Source: Acidobacteriota bacterium (GTDB lineage Bacteria; Acidobacteriota; Polarisedimenticolia; Gp22-AA2). From it: a DNA stretch of 64,000 nt. Shown here in pieces: positions 41,968-57,879 of the stretch (position 1 is the stretch's first letter; each line of letters starts with the position of its first letter). The notes below the pieces were generated by a model that saw nothing but the letters and a program-made list of their open reading frames with translations, was not told the DNA's origin and did not search any database. Location of the stretch: contig JBHIBC010000001.1 of NCBI GenBank assembly GCA_046758905.1, positions 32,343 through 96,342 on the forward strand. The letters are read 5' to 3'. Both the position numbers and the translations under genes were made by a program.

Positions 41968-44685
41968 ATGAAGCTCCTCGGGGCTCTGCGGCCCGACCGC
42001 CTCTGGAGATACATCTTCGGGGAGATCCTGTCTCCCTCTTTGCTGGGGCTCGGGGTGTACGTGCTCGTCTTCCTCATGAACGCCCTGTTCGAGCTCGCGG
42101 AGCTGGCCATCAAGAAGGACCTGCCGCTCCTTACGGTCGGGCGCATCCTGTTCTACTACCTGCCGAGGGTGCTGGTGCTGACGACCCCGATGGCGATCCT
42201 GCTCGGCGTCCTCGTCGGCATCGGGCGCCTGAGCACGGATAGCGAGATCGTCGCGCTGAGGGCGGCGGGGGTGAGCTACTGGAAGGTCCTCTACCCGGCC
42301 CTGGTGCTCGGCCTGATCGGCTGGGGGTTCGGCAGCTACCTGATGCTGCAGGTGGAGCCCGAGGCCAACTACCGGCGTCGGAGCATCACGACCCGGCTCG
42401 CCTATTCGGCCGACCCGCGGCGCGAGATCAAGCCGCGCGTCTTCTTCGAGGAGATCCCGGGGATACTCCTGTACGCGGACGAGGTCCATCAGGGCGGGGA
42501 TTTCCTCGAGAAGGTCTTCATCCATCAGACGCGCGAGGGGGGCGAGGAGCTGACCACCGTCGCCCGTCGGGTCCAGATCGACTACGACCGCGAGCAGGGA
42601 GTGGCGTTCTTCTACATGGAGTCGGGGCTCAGCCACAGCGTCGATCCGGACGACCCGGAGAGCTACCACGTCAGCCAGTTCGAGCGGCAGATGCTCCGGC
42701 AGGAGCCGGACGAGGCGTTCCGGATCAAGAGCAGCCTGCTGAGCCGTCCCTCCCCTAGGAACTGGCGCGAGCAGAACCTGAGCGAGCTGGCACGCTCGAT
42801 CCTGCGGGCCGGCGCCATCACCCACGAGGAGACGCGCCGGAGGGTGATCGGCACCCTGTTCGCGATCGTTCACGAGAGGTTCGCCCTGCCGGTCGCGTGC
42901 CTCGTCTTCGCGCTGCTCGGCGTCCCGCTCGGGATCATGAACCGGCGCGGCGGCAAGGCCTCCGGATTCAGCCTCAGCATCGCGATCGCCATCCTCTACT
43001 GGATCCTGCTGTCGACCGGCGAGGGGCTGGTCAAGCAGGGCAGGCTGTCCCCCTTCGTGGGCCTGTGGGTCGGGAACGCCCTGCTCGGGGCGCTCGGCGT
43101 CGTGCTCTTCCTCCTGCGGGAGCGCACCGAGAGCCTGCAGATCTCCTTCCTGGTGCCCGCCCGGCTGCAGCGCGCCCTCGCGGCGCTGAGGCGTCGCGAG
43201 GAGGACCAGCTCGACGCCCGCCGGCTCAGGGCGCTCGAGGTCGTGCCGGAGGCGGTGCGGCCCCCGGAGTTCGCGAGGGTCCGGGGGGGGCGGCGCTCCT
43301 CGACCCGGAGGAGCCGGCGGGCGGCGCGGCGCCGTGGTATCCGGGCCGGGGGCGCTCCGAGCGGGACGCTGTGCCTGGTCCCCTCCGTCGATCCGGAGGC
43401 CGGCGGGAGCGGCGGGTCCGATGATCTGGCGCCCGTCGAGCCGGGGGCGGTCGGCCGGTCCCGGACGATACGGGTCGGGCTGCTCGCCGGAATCGCGGTG
43501 CTGGCGGGCCTCGCGTCCATCTCCTTCAGTCCGTTCCTGCTGGTCGCGATCACGCTCCTGGCTCTCTTCCTGGTCTTCAGCACCACAATGGACCGCTACG
43601 TCCTGGCCCGGTACGGGACCGTGCTCGCCGGATGCCTCGCGTCGCTGTTCACGCTCGTGGCTGTCTACGAGTTCATCCAGATCATGGACGAGCTGGTGGA
43701 GCGCAGCCTGCCGGTCGGCCTGGCGCTGAGCTATCTCAAGTACCGCAGCCCGTGGATCCTGGCGCAGATCCTGCCGATGTCGTCGCTGGTGGCGACCTTC
43801 ATGACGTTCGGGGCGATGTCGCGGCTCAACGAGGTCGTGGCGCTCAAGGCGAGCGGGACGAGCATCTATCGCCTCTCGATGCCGGTCGTGGTCGTGGCCG
43901 TCGCGCTGAGCACCCTGGCCTACGTCAACTACGACTACCTGATGCCGCACGCGAACCGGAAGGCGCGGCAGGTCAAGGACGTGATCAAGGGGAAGACGCC
44001 CCGGACCTACCGGGTTCAGAAGGAACGGTGGGTGTTCGGCGAGCAGGGCCGGCTTTACAACTTCGCCACCTACACGCCGCCCCACTTCCCGGTCCTGCCG
44101 GCCGCCGGCCGGAGCGGCACCTTCCAGGGGTTCAGCGCCTACCGCCTCGACCCCGAGACGTTCCAGATCCGGCGCCGGGTTCACGCCAGGAACGCGGTCT
44201 ACGACACGGATCACTGGGTCCTCCGCGACGGGTGGATCCGCGAGTTCCGGGACGGGCGGGAGTCGTTCGAGGCGTTCGCCGAGAAGCGATTCGACTTCCC
44301 CGAACGGCCGGCCTACTTCGTGGGTGAGTGGAAGAGCCCCCAGCAGATGACCTTCGCCGAGCTCAAGGGCTTCGTCCGCGACCTCGACCGCCGGGGGTAC
44401 GACGTCCAGGAGCTGGCCGTCGATCTGTACGACAAGTCGGCCATACCGCTGGTGTCGCTGACGATGGTGGTGCTCGGGCTCCCCTTCTGCTTCCGGATGG
44501 GACGCCGCGGCTCGCTGTACGGGATCGGCGTCGCCATCGTGCTGGCGCTGCTCTTCCTCGTGACTTTCTCCGCCACCAATGCGCTCGGCGGCGTCGGGCT
44601 CGTCCCCCCGTTCCTCGCGGCGTGGGCCCCGAACATCCTGTTCGCGGGGAGCGGCGTCTACCTACTCCTGCGGACCTCGACCTGA
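41968..44685 (+). CDS. fused LptF-LptG LPS export permease (two YjgP/YjgQ modules in one 905-aa ORF)
   Basis: The N-terminal module has the LptF/G pattern (YIFGEILSP...). A second module begins at an internal MDRYVLARYG (ATG ~43588). The two are joined by a ~150-aa Arg/Gly-rich linker with no stop. The alternative frames are junk. Confidence 0.65.
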   Translation: MKLLGALRPDRLWRYIFGEILSPSLLGLGVYVLVFLMNALFELAELAIKKDLPLLTVGRILFYYLPRVLVLTTPMAILLGVLVGIGRLSTDSEIVALRAAGVSYWKVLYPALVLGLIGWGFGSYLMLQVEPEANYRRRSITTRLAYSADPRREIKPRVFFEEIPGILLYADEVHQGGDFLEKVFIHQTREGGEELTTVARRVQIDYDREQGVAFFYMESGLSHSVDPDDPESYHVSQFERQMLRQEPDEAFRIKSSLLSRPSPRNWREQNLSELARSILRAGAITHEETRRRVIGTLFAIVHERFALPVACLVFALLGVPLGIMNRRGGKASGFSLSIAIAILYWILLSTGEGLVKQGRLSPFVGLWVGNALLGALGVVLFLLRERTESLQISFLVPARLQRALAALRRREEDQLDARRLRALEVVPEAVRPPEFARVRGGRRSSTRRSRRAARRRGIRAGGAPSGTLCLVPSVDPEAGGSGGSDDLAPVEPGAVGRSRTIRVGLLAGIAVLAGLASISFSPFLLVAITLLALFLVFSTTMDRYVLARYGTVLAGCLASLFTLVAVYEFIQIMDELVERSLPVGLALSYLKYRSPWILAQILPMSSLVATFMTFGAMSRLNEVVALKASGTSIYRLSMPVVVVAVALSTLAYVNYDYLMPHANRKARQVKDVIKGKTPRTYRVQKERWVFGEQGRLYNFATYTPPHFPVLPAAGRSGTFQGFSAYRLDPETFQIRRRVHARNAVYDTDHWVLRDGWIREFRDGRESFEAFAEKRFDFPERPAYFVGEWKSPQQMTFAELKGFVRDLDRRGYDVQELAVDLYDKSAIPLVSLTMVVLGLPFCFRMGRRGSLYGIGVAIVLALLFLVTFSATNALGGVGLVPPFLAAWAPNILFAGSGVYLLLRTST

Positions 44686-45600
44686 TCCCCCATCCTTGCG
44701 TCCCGCCAGGAAGAGCGCGCGCTCGGCCTCGTAGCGGACCGATTGCGCGGGATCGAGGCGCGCGATCGCCCGGAGCTCCGGCTCGACCTCGCCCCGCTCC
44801 GGCCAGGAGGCGATCGCCGTCACAGCCCTCGCCCGGACGGCGGCATCCTTGTCGTTGCGGGCGCGCTCGATGACCGCCGCGAGGGTGCCGCGCGCCTCGT
44901 CGGGCCGTTGGTCGAGAACGGTCCCGGCCCCGTCCCGGAAGATCTGCGCGATCAGGTCCAGGGCTTTGAGGCGCAGGGCGCCCGACGGGTCGGAGAGCAG
45001 GGGGAGCAGCCGGACGAACAGGTCCGGCCGTCCGGCCCTAAGCCGCAGGATCTCCTCCAGGGCGGTCTCGACTCGGTACGGGTTGTCGTCCTCCAGGAGC
45101 GACACGAGGCGGCCCAGCTGGCTGGCCGGAGGCTGACGCGCGATGTCGACGAAGGAGCGGACCGCGTCGAGGATGATCGACGGCCCTTCCGCGGGGAGGG
45201 TGAAGCGTCCGGACGGTCCCCGGAGGAGCGCGTAGATGTCCCGGTTCTTCTCCTTGTTCCGATTCACCCCCTCGTACGGCACCAGGAACAACAGCTCGTC
45301 CTGCCCGTCCGGAAAGACGATCGGCTCGGTGCTCCGCCTGCGGTTGAAGTTGAACTCCCTGAACGCGATCCGAAGCGACGGGGCCGGAGGCTCTCCCTTC
45401 AGGGTCTCCACCAGGTCGACGATTGCAAACCGCAGCGCCCCCTCGCGCACCCGGGCGTGCACGACGAGCTCCGAGCGCGCCACCATCTGGAAGAGATTCA
45501 GCTCCTTCCCCTCGCCGGCGCGGGCGGTCCCGGCCGCGCCGGTGAGCGCGGCAGCGCAAGCCGCCGGCAGGACGATCGTCCTCCGGAGGCGCGGGTTCAT
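44662..45600 (-). CDS. secreted HEAT/ARM-like repeat protein
   Basis: A signal peptide is present. The C-terminal half has HEAT-like repeats (VRLLPLLSDPSGALRLKALDLI, DAAVRARAVTAI). It is ATGA-coupled to the upstream gene. Confidence 0.45.
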   Translation of the reverse strand: MNPRLRRTIVLPAACAAALTGAAGTARAGEGKELNLFQMVARSELVVHARVREGALRFAIVDLVETLKGEPPAPSLRIAFREFNFNRRRSTEPIVFPDGQDELLFLVPYEGVNRNKEKNRDIYALLRGPSGRFTLPAEGPSIILDAVRSFVDIARQPPASQLGRLVSLLEDDNPYRVETALEEILRLRAGRPDLFVRLLPLLSDPSGALRLKALDLIAQIFRDGAGTVLDQRPDEARGTLAAVIERARNDKDAAVRARAVTAIASWPERGEVEPELRAIARLDPAQSVRYEAERALFLAGRKDGGSGRGPQE

Positions 45601-48600
45601 CCCGGGCTCTCCTCGCGCAGCTCCTCGAGCCTGCGCCGGAGCCGCGGCTGCTCGGGCTCGATCTCCAGGGATCGCCGCATCGCCGCGAGCCCTCCCTGAA
45701 GGTCCCCCGCCCGGATCAGTGCTTCTCCCAGGAGCGCCTGCAGCTCAGCCGAGCCGGGCGCCGCGGCGCAGCCGCGGGACAGCAGCTCGATCGCGCCTGT
45801 GGTCTCCCCGCGCGCCATGAGGGCGCGGCCGAGGGCCGCGTAGCCCCGGGCGTAGCCCGGGTCGACCTCCACGGCGCGCCGCAGGGCGCTCTCCCCTTCC
45901 TCTGCGCTTCCCCGCTTCAGCAGCGCCAGGCCGAGGTTATGGTAGGCGTCCGCGTAGCCCGGGTCGAGCTGGACCGCCTTCCGGTAGGCGGCGATCTCCT
46001 CCTCCGCGAGGCCGAGCCGGCCGTAGACGGCGCCGAGGTTGTTGTGCGCCGAAGCGTGCGAGGGGTCGAGCTCGATGGTCCGCTCGAGCTCGCGGCGCGC
46101 TTCCTGGAGCCGGCCGAGCATGTAGAGCAGCCCGCCGTAGTTCGAGCGCACGTCGGCGTTGTTCGCGTCGCGGCGCAGGGCGTTGCGGAACTGCCGCTCG
46201 GCCTTCTCCAGATCCCCCTTCTCCTCGTACATGAGGGCGAGGTTGCTGTACGACCCGGCGAATTCCGGGTCGGCCTCGATCGCTCGGCGGAAGGCGGCGA
46301 TCGCCTCGTCCGGGCGTCCCTCCCGCTTGTGGATCAGGCCGATGTTGTTGTAGGGCTCCGCGTAGTCGGGGTCGACCTCCACCGCGCGCCGGAACAGCCG
46401 GAGCGCCTCGTCGGTTCGGCCCAGGCGGTCGTAGAGCAGGCCGAGGCTGTTGTGCGCCTCGGTGAAGTTCGGCTCGTATCGGAGCGCCCGCTCGAAATGG
46501 GCCTTCGCCTCCTGCAGTCTCCCCTGCTCCATCCGGATCGTGCCCAGCAAGTTCTCGGCCTCCTTGGACCGGGGGGAGCTCTCGAGGAGTTCGCCGAGAA
46601 CGGACGCGGCCGCGTCGTACTGCTTCATCGCGAGGCGGGCCCTGGCGATGTTGATGCGGGCGATCGCGAGGTCCTCGGATCGCTCGATGGCCCGCTCGAA
46701 TTCGCCGATCGCCTCCTCGTACCGCCCCATCCGCAGGTGCAGGATGCCGCGATTGTTGTGGGAATTGGCGGTGTCCTGGCGGAGGTACCCGAGCGATTGC
46801 AGCTTCTCGCGGATCCGGCGCTCCCCTTCCGGATCCCGGGGTATCGGACCGGCCGCGCGGCCGTCATCGGTGCGGATCGCCGCCGTCGCGCCGCCCTCGT
46901 AGGTCTCGCGGTAGGCCACCGGGTGCCGATCCAGGAAGTCGGACGAGAAGGCCTCCATGATCGGACGCCCGTCCATGTCCTCGGCCACCGGCAGCCCGTA
47001 CAGGGCCAGAACCGTGGGGGTGATGTCAAGGACGGAGGCCTCCCGGAGGCGATGGCCCGATCGGAAGGGGGGCCCGTGGAGGATGACGATGCCGTACTTC
47101 CGGTGCCAGTCGGCCGCCTGACCGAAGCCGATGCGCGAGTCGGTCAGCGGCCGGTTCTCGCCGGTGCGGAACCCGTGATCCGAGCAGACGATGACCGCCG
47201 TGTCGGGCCCGGCCTCCTCCACCAGCCTCCCGACGATGGCGTCGGCGTGGCGGTAGTAGCGCTCGACCGTGCTCCCGAACAGCCTCGCCGCCCTGCGGCC
47301 GATCCCCTCGAGGGCCGGAGGCGCGTACGGCATGAACAGGTGCGCCACGGTGTCGGTCCCCTCGAGGTAGAAGGCCAGGAAGCGGGGCTCGAATCGCTTC
47401 GCCAGCGCGACGGCGGCGCGGGCGTAAGTGTCGCCCCCGGCCAGGACGGTCTTGAACTCGTCCACGAGCCTCGCCTCGTCCGGGGACAGCGGGCCGTCCA
47501 CCGACCCGAGGCGGATGTAGCGCAGGAGCTCCCGCCTGCGGATCGTCTCCGGCCGCACCCTCAGCGACGCGACCAGCCCGCCCGCGTCGGGGGGGTGCAC
47601 CATCCCCTCCCCCGTCGCCTCGACCTTCAGCCGCGGCCCGGAAAGCTGATAGGCGACCCGGTCGGTGACCACGAACCCGTTCACCGGCTCCGCCGGGAAG
47701 GTGGCCCACCATCCGACCACCCCGACCTCGACGCCGCGCTCGCCCAGGATGTTCCAGATCGCCTTGACCTTGCGGAGGGTGGAGGTGACGGGGACGTGCT
47801 CCCCCTCTCCGTCCACCGAGGCGACGAAGTCGATGATCCCGTGCCGCCCCGGGAGCACCCCGGTGGCCACGCTCGTCCACACGACCGGCGACAGCATCGG
47901 GGTGATCGTGCGCAGCCGGCCGCGGACGCCGCTCCGGGCGAGACGCGCCAGGTTCGGAACACGGCCCGAGGCGATCAGCGGGTCGATGATGTTCCAGTCC
48001 GCCCCGTCGAGCCCGATCAGCAGCACCTTCATTCCGGGCACGCACGGGGTGTCCGCCGCGGCGCTCGTGAAGCCCGCGCGGATACTCACCTGCTCGATGT
48101 CGCAGGAGAGGAGCACGAGCCCGGCCGGGCGGAAGCGCCGGTCCAGGTGCCGCGCCAGCGCGGCGCGCAGCTCCTCCTTGCGGGACCCGGAGATGTCGGA
48201 GTAGGAGGACGAGCCGATCTCGGTGCGCAGCCCCTCCTCGGCCCACCGGGCGATGGCGTCGCGCTCGCGCGCCGGACCGGCGGAGCTGTGGACCTCCAGC
48301 ACGCGGTCGGCATCGACGCGGTAGCGCAGCGTCGCCCGCGCCACCACCTCGGTCCCCTCGCGGGTGACCACGGGGGCGTCCTCCCCGACGAGCAGGGACA
48401 GGGTGGCCCCCTCCCCCGGATAGAAGGAGAGGCGCAGGACGCCCGGGGGCACCAGGTGCCATCCGGCGCGCGCCACACGCGGCTTCACAGGGAGGATGGC
48501 GGAGTCCAGGACGGCGATCCCGTCGGACGGCACCGTCCTGCGGACGCCCCCCGCCAGCCACACGGCGGCCGCCAGGAAGCTCACCCCGAACGGGATCCTG

Positions 48601-48626
48601 TGCCTCCGCAGAAACTCCAGGCTCAT
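45597..48626 (-). CDS. large multidomain protein: N-terminal membrane-anchored region, alkaline-phosphatase-superfamily (type I phosphodiesterase/nucleotide pyrophosphatase-like) domain, ~12 C-terminal TPR repeats
   Basis: The AlkP-family motifs are VLLIGLDGADWN and VIVCSDHGF. The TPR consensus (W-LG-Y / A-F-A-P) repeats across the last ~400 aa. Confidence 0.6.
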   Translation of the reverse strand: MSLEFLRRHRIPFGVSFLAAAVWLAGGVRRTVPSDGIAVLDSAILPVKPRVARAGWHLVPPGVLRLSFYPGEGATLSLLVGEDAPVVTREGTEVVARATLRYRVDADRVLEVHSSAGPARERDAIARWAEEGLRTEIGSSSYSDISGSRKEELRAALARHLDRRFRPAGLVLLSCDIEQVSIRAGFTSAAADTPCVPGMKVLLIGLDGADWNIIDPLIASGRVPNLARLARSGVRGRLRTITPMLSPVVWTSVATGVLPGRHGIIDFVASVDGEGEHVPVTSTLRKVKAIWNILGERGVEVGVVGWWATFPAEPVNGFVVTDRVAYQLSGPRLKVEATGEGMVHPPDAGGLVASLRVRPETIRRRELLRYIRLGSVDGPLSPDEARLVDEFKTVLAGGDTYARAAVALAKRFEPRFLAFYLEGTDTVAHLFMPYAPPALEGIGRRAARLFGSTVERYYRHADAIVGRLVEEAGPDTAVIVCSDHGFRTGENRPLTDSRIGFGQAADWHRKYGIVILHGPPFRSGHRLREASVLDITPTVLALYGLPVAEDMDGRPIMEAFSSDFLDRHPVAYRETYEGGATAAIRTDDGRAAGPIPRDPEGERRIREKLQSLGYLRQDTANSHNNRGILHLRMGRYEEAIGEFERAIERSEDLAIARINIARARLAMKQYDAAASVLGELLESSPRSKEAENLLGTIRMEQGRLQEAKAHFERALRYEPNFTEAHNSLGLLYDRLGRTDEALRLFRRAVEVDPDYAEPYNNIGLIHKREGRPDEAIAAFRRAIEADPEFAGSYSNLALMYEEKGDLEKAERQFRNALRRDANNADVRSNYGGLLYMLGRLQEARRELERTIELDPSHASAHNNLGAVYGRLGLAEEEIAAYRKAVQLDPGYADAYHNLGLALLKRGSAEEGESALRRAVEVDPGYARGYAALGRALMARGETTGAIELLSRGCAAAPGSAELQALLGEALIRAGDLQGGLAAMRRSLEIEPEQPRLRRRLEELREESPG

Positions 48627-48651
48627 GGTGCCGGCACCGCCGGAGGGGCGT

Positions 48652-49956
<1,305 letters not shown>

Positions 49957-51105
49957 TCACAGCTTCGCCCCCTCGCGCAGTGCCTCGGCGCGGTCGGTCC
50001 TCTCCCAGGTGAACTCCGGCTCGGTCCGGCCGAAGTGGCCGTACGCCGCGCTGCGCCGGTAGATCGGGCGCAGCAGATCGAGCGCGTCGATGATCTCCCG
50101 CGGGCGCAGCCCGAAGTGCTCGCGGATCAGCCGCACGATCAGCTCGTCCGCGATCCGGCCGGTCCCGCCGGTGCGGACCATCACCGACACGGGGTCGGCC
50201 ACCCCGATGGCGTAGGCGATCTGCACCTCCACCCGGTCGGCGATCCCGGCGGCGACCAGGTTCTTGGCGATGTACCGGGTCATGTAGGCCGCCGAGCGAT
50301 CCACCTTGGTGGGGTCCTTTCCGGAGAAAGCGCCGCCCCCGTGGTGGGCGTAGCCGCCGTAAGTGTCGACGATGATCTTGCGCCCGGTCAGGCCGGTGTC
50401 GCCCTGGGGCCCGCCGGTCACGAAGCGTCCCGTGGGGTTGATGTGGACCTTGGTGTTGGCGTCGCGCAGCTCCTGCGGGACCACGGCCCGGATCACCTGT
50501 TCCTCGACGTCGCTCCTCAGTTGCGCGGTCTCCATGGTCTCCGAGTGCTGGGTGGAGACGACGACCGCCTCGACGCGCCGCGGCCGATCGGCGTTGTACT
50601 CCACCGTCACCTGCGCCTTGCCGTCCGGCCGCAGGTACGGCAGGACCCCCGATCGGCGGGCCTCGGAGAGGCGCCTCGTGAGGGCGTGCGCCAGCTGGAT
50701 CGGCAGAGGCATCAGCTCGGGCGTCTCCCTGCAGGCGAAGCCGAACATCATCCCCTGATCGCCCGCGCCGCCCGCGTCGACCCCCATGGCGATGTCCGGC
50801 GACTGCCGGTCGATCGAGGTGATCACCGAGCAGGTGCGGCTGTCGAAGCCGTAGCGCGCGTCGGTATAGCCGATGTCGCGGATGACGGACCGGACGGTGG
50901 CGGGGATGTCGGTCGACGCCCGCGTGGACATCTCGCCGGCGACGAAGACGACGCCGGTCGTCACCAACGTCTCGATCGCGACGCGGGAGGAGCGGTCCTG
51001 GGCCAGCGCGTCGTCCAGGATGGCGTCCGACACTTGGTCGGCGATCTTGTCGGGGTGTCCCTCGGTCACCGACTCGGAGGTGAACAGGTAACGGCGAGTG
51101 CCCAT
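49957..51105 (-). CDS. metK: S-adenosylmethionine synthetase
   Basis: The motifs [13 protein letters not shown] and [16 protein letters not shown] are present. The internal ATG is preceded by an SD (GGAGAT). Confidence 0.9.
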   Translation of the reverse strand: MGTRRYLFTSESVTEGHPDKIADQVSDAILDDALAQDRSSRVAIETLVTTGVVFVAGEMSTRASTDIPATVRSVIRDIGYTDARYGFDSRTCSVITSIDRQSPDIAMGVDAGGAGDQGMMFGFACRETPELMPLPIQLAHALTRRLSEARRSGVLPYLRPDGKAQVTVEYNADRPRRVEAVVVSTQHSETMETAQLRSDVEEQVIRAVVPQELRDANTKVHINPTGRFVTGGPQGDTGLTGRKIIVDTYGGYAHHGGGAFSGKDPTKVDRSAAYMTRYIAKNLVAAGIADRVEVQIAYAIGVADPVSVMVRTGGTGRIADELIVRLIREHFGLRPREIIDALDLLRPIYRRSAAYGHFGRTEPEFTWERTDRAEALREGAKL

Positions 51106-51196
51106 TGATGATCTCCCTGGCGCGCGCGCCACCGGTCGCCCCGGGGGCCCGTTGATGGCCGAAAGGGGCGAGAATAAAGGACTTCCGCCAGGAAAG

Positions 51197-54666
<3,470 letters not shown>

Positions 54667-54676
<10 letters not shown>

Positions 54677-56244
54677 TCGATGGTCGATGGTGGCTTGCTG
54701 CTGATGTCGTAGACGACGCGGTTGATCCCGGGCACTGAATTGACGATGTGCGCGCTCACCCTGGCCAGGAAATCCTCCGGGAGGCGCGCCCAGTCCGCGG
54801 TCATGAAGTCGTCGGTGGTCACGGCGCGCAGAGCGAGCACGTTCTCGTAGGTGCGGTCGTCGCCCATGACGCCCACCGACTTGACGGGAAGGAGCACCGC
54901 GAAGGCCTGGGCGGTCTCCTCATAGAGGCTCCGCCCGGACCGGCCGGTCGCGGAGCGCAGCTCGGAGGTGAAGATGGCGTCGGCGCGCCTCAGGAGGGCG
55001 AGCCGCTCCGCGGTCACCTCGCCCAGGATGCGCACCGCCATCCCCGGCCCCGGGAACGGGTGCCGCGCGAGGATGCGGGACGACAGGCCCAGACGGCGCC
55101 CCACGGCGCGGACCTCGTCCTTGAACAGCTCCCGCAGCGGCTCCACCAGCTCGAGACGCATTCGCTCCGGCAACCCGCCCACGTTGTGGTGCGTCTTGAT
55201 CACCGCCGAGGGCCCCCTGAAGGGCGTCGACTCGATGAGATCCGGGTAGAGCGTCCCCTGGGCCAGGAATCCGACCGGGCCGACCCTGGCGGCCTCCTCC
55301 TCGAACACCTCGACGAACGCGCGGCCGACGACCCGCCGCTTCTCCTCGGGATCGAGCACTCCGCGCAGCGCCTGCAGGAACCGCCGAGAGGCGTCGACCG
55401 CGCGGACCGGCAGGTGGTAGGTCTCGGCGAAAGTGTCCACCACCTCGCGGGCCTCGTCGAGGCGGAGCAGGCCGTTGTCGATGAAAAGGCAGATGAGCCG
55501 GTCGCCGATCGCCCTGTGGATCATCAGCGCCATGACCGCGGAGTCGACCCCTCCGCTCAGCCCGGCGATCACCCGGCCCCCGCCGACCCGGTCGCGGATC
55601 GCCCGAACCGATTCCTCCAGGAACGAGGCGATGCGCCAGCTCCCCGAGCAGCCGCAGATCCGGTACAGGAAATTCCTGAGGATCTCCGACCCATGTCGGG
55701 TGTGCGAGACCTCAGGGTGGAACTGGATGCCGTAGAGCCGGCGGGACGCGTCCGCCATCGCGGCGCAACGGGACGAGGTGCTGCGCGCGATCACCGAGAA
55801 GCCGTCGGGAGGCTGCCGGATCTCGTCCCCGTGGCTCATCCAGATCGGCTGGGCCGCGGGGGTTCCCTCGAACAGCGGCGACCCCCCGAGGACCTCGAGG
55901 TCGGAGGGGCCGAACTCGCGTCCCTCGGAGCGCTGCACGCGGCCCTGCAGCACGTACGCCATCAGCTGCATGCCGTAGCAGATGCCGAGCACCGGCACCC
56001 CGAGGTCGAAGACCCCGCGGTCGAGCCGCGGCGCGCGCGGGGCGTACACCGAATCGGGGCCGCCCGAGAGCACCAGGCCCTTGGCGCCGCGCGCCCGCAA
56101 CGCCTCGACGGGCGTGTCGAAGCGCACCAGCTCGCTGTAGACCTTGAGCTCGCGGATCCGCCGCGCGATCAGCTGGCTGTACTGCGAGCCGAAGTCGAGC
56201 ACCAGGACGACCTCGCGGCGGGCGGGAGCGGCCGGCCTGCTCAC
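54667..56244 (-). CDS. guaA: GMP synthase (glutamine-hydrolysing)
   Basis: A GATase domain ([12 protein letters not shown]...GICYGMQ), an ATP-pyrophosphatase P-loop (SGGVDSAV) and the C-terminus [14 protein letters not shown] are present. It uses a GTG start. The upstream half of track ORF 54667..57753 is an out-of-frame artefact. Confidence 0.9.
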
Positions 56245-57266
56245 GCGGGCCTCGTCGCGCCCCGGGCCACGCGGTGGATCAGCCGCTCGAGCGCGTGCGC
56301 CGGATCCCGGGACCCGGCTCCCTTCAGCTCCCGGTCGGCGCGCAGGCACAGCGCGAGCGCCTCCCGGAGCCGGCCGACGGGGACGTCCCCCACCTCTGCC
56401 CGCATCCGCTCGACCCGCCCGGGGTCGATCCCGTAGGTCGACTGCAGCTCGCGCGGCGGGATCCTTCGCCCCGCCGCCGAGCGGGCCTTGAGCGCCATGC
56501 GCACGTACCAGGAGAGCGCCCCCAAGAGGGGCAGGGGGTCCTCCCCCTGTCGCAGCAGGCCGCGCACCGCGGCGACCGCCTCGCCGCCACGGCCGCGCAC
56601 CATCTGCCGTGCGGCGGCCCAGACGTCGCCGACGCGCGGCACCCCCGCCAGGATCTCCAGATCCTCCGGGCGGACCGGGCGCGGCGGGCCGATGGCGCTC
56701 ATCAGCTTCTGGAGCTCGGAGTCCAGCCGTCCGAGCCCCTGCCCCTGGAAGCCCGCCGCGATCGCCTCGGCCAGGTCGGCCGTCACGCCGTAGCCCCGCG
56801 CCTGCAGCCTCTCGCGCACCCAGCCCGGCATGCGCGCCTCGCCGGGCGGGGCGCACTCGACCAGCGTCGCCCCCCGCTGCAGAGCGCGCCACATCGCCCT
56901 GCGGCGGTCGAAGCGGAGGTCGCTGAACATCAGGCAGGTCTTCGGGTTGGGCCGATCGAGGTAGCGCTCCAGGGGATCGGCCGACTGCAGCCGCACCGCA
57001 TCCGCGTCCCTGACCACCACCAGCCTCCGCCCGCCGCCCATCGGATAGGTGGCGGCGATGTCGAGGACCATCTCCAGCGTCGCCTCGTCGCCGTGCACCA
57101 GGTCGCGGTCGACCGCCGCGGACCCCTCGGCGAGCACCGCCCGCTCCAGCAGCCGCACCGCCTCGTCGTGCAGGAAGGGCTCCTCCCCGTCGAAGCAGTA
57201 GACCGCCTCGACCCGCCCGCGCAGCAGCGACTGCTGGAACTGCGGGAAGCTCATGCGGACGGGCAT
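56241..57266 (-). CDS. holA: DNA polymerase III delta subunit
   Basis: It shows a HolA-like length and pattern. It has the conserved position between lptE and downstream genes (leuS-lptE-holA synteny). Confidence 0.65.
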   Translation of the reverse strand: MPVRMSFPQFQQSLLRGRVEAVYCFDGEEPFLHDEAVRLLERAVLAEGSAAVDRDLVHGDEATLEMVLDIAATYPMGGGRRLVVVRDADAVRLQSADPLERYLDRPNPKTCLMFSDLRFDRRRAMWRALQRGATLVECAPPGEARMPGWVRERLQARGYGVTADLAEAIAAGFQGQGLGRLDSELQKLMSAIGPPRPVRPEDLEILAGVPRVGDVWAAARQMVRGRGGEAVAAVRGLLRQGEDPLPLLGALSWYVRMALKARSAAGRRIPPRELQSTYGIDPGRVERMRAEVGDVPVGRLREALALCLRADRELKGAGSRDPAHALERLIHRVARGATRPA

Positions 57267-57272
57267 CGCGCC

Positions 57273-57857
57273 TCAAAACCCCTCGAGGATGGAGGTGACG
57301 ACGCTGCGGGCGAAGTCGGTGGCGACGTCGTCGATCGCGATGATCTCCTGGTCCAGGCCGAGCAGAGGCGTCTGGGGCACGTCGTACTGCTGCGTGAACA
57401 GGAAGTGGTCGTCCTCCCACAGCACCTCGTCGGTGGCCACCACCGTCAGGACCACGCGCGCCGTGAGGAGGATCTCGTAGCGCGTGGCCCGGCCCTCCTC
57501 GTCGATGCTGACCGGCGTGGAGGTGTAGCTCAGGATCGCCCCCCGGAGGACCGCGTCGGCCCCCTCCTCCCCCGGGAGGATCCGTCGCCGGCCGCGGGTG
57601 CTGAACTCGTCGATGATATGCTCGGTGATCCGTTGCTCGAGCTCGGGCCGGGCGGTCCGGTTGGCGAACGGTGGGATCCCGATCGATCTCAGGTCGGGCG
57701 GCAGGACGTTCGAGTGACCGGTCAGGTGGTAGCCGCAGCCGAGGGCCGGCCACAGCAGCGCCGCGAGGGCGAGGGAGGCCGCGGCGCCCGCGCCGCGGGC
57801 CTCGGCCCCGGCGCAGAACGGGGGGCGGGCCCGGCGTCCTCGATCCATGTCTCGCAT
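57273..57857 (-). CDS. lptE: LPS-assembly lipoprotein LptE
   Basis: A lipobox (LGC|GYHL) follows the signal peptide. It is in the conserved leuS-lptE-holA order. Confidence 0.6.
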   Translation of the reverse strand: MRDMDRGRRARPPFCAGAEARGAGAAASLALAALLWPALGCGYHLTGHSNVLPPDLRSIGIPPFANRTARPELEQRITEHIIDEFSTRGRRRILPGEEGADAVLRGAILSYTSTPVSIDEEGRATRYEILLTARVVLTVVATDEVLWEDDHFLFTQQYDVPQTPLLGLDQEIIAIDDVATDFARSVVTSILEGF

Positions 57858-57879
57858 TATAGCGTCGCTGGCGCCGCTC

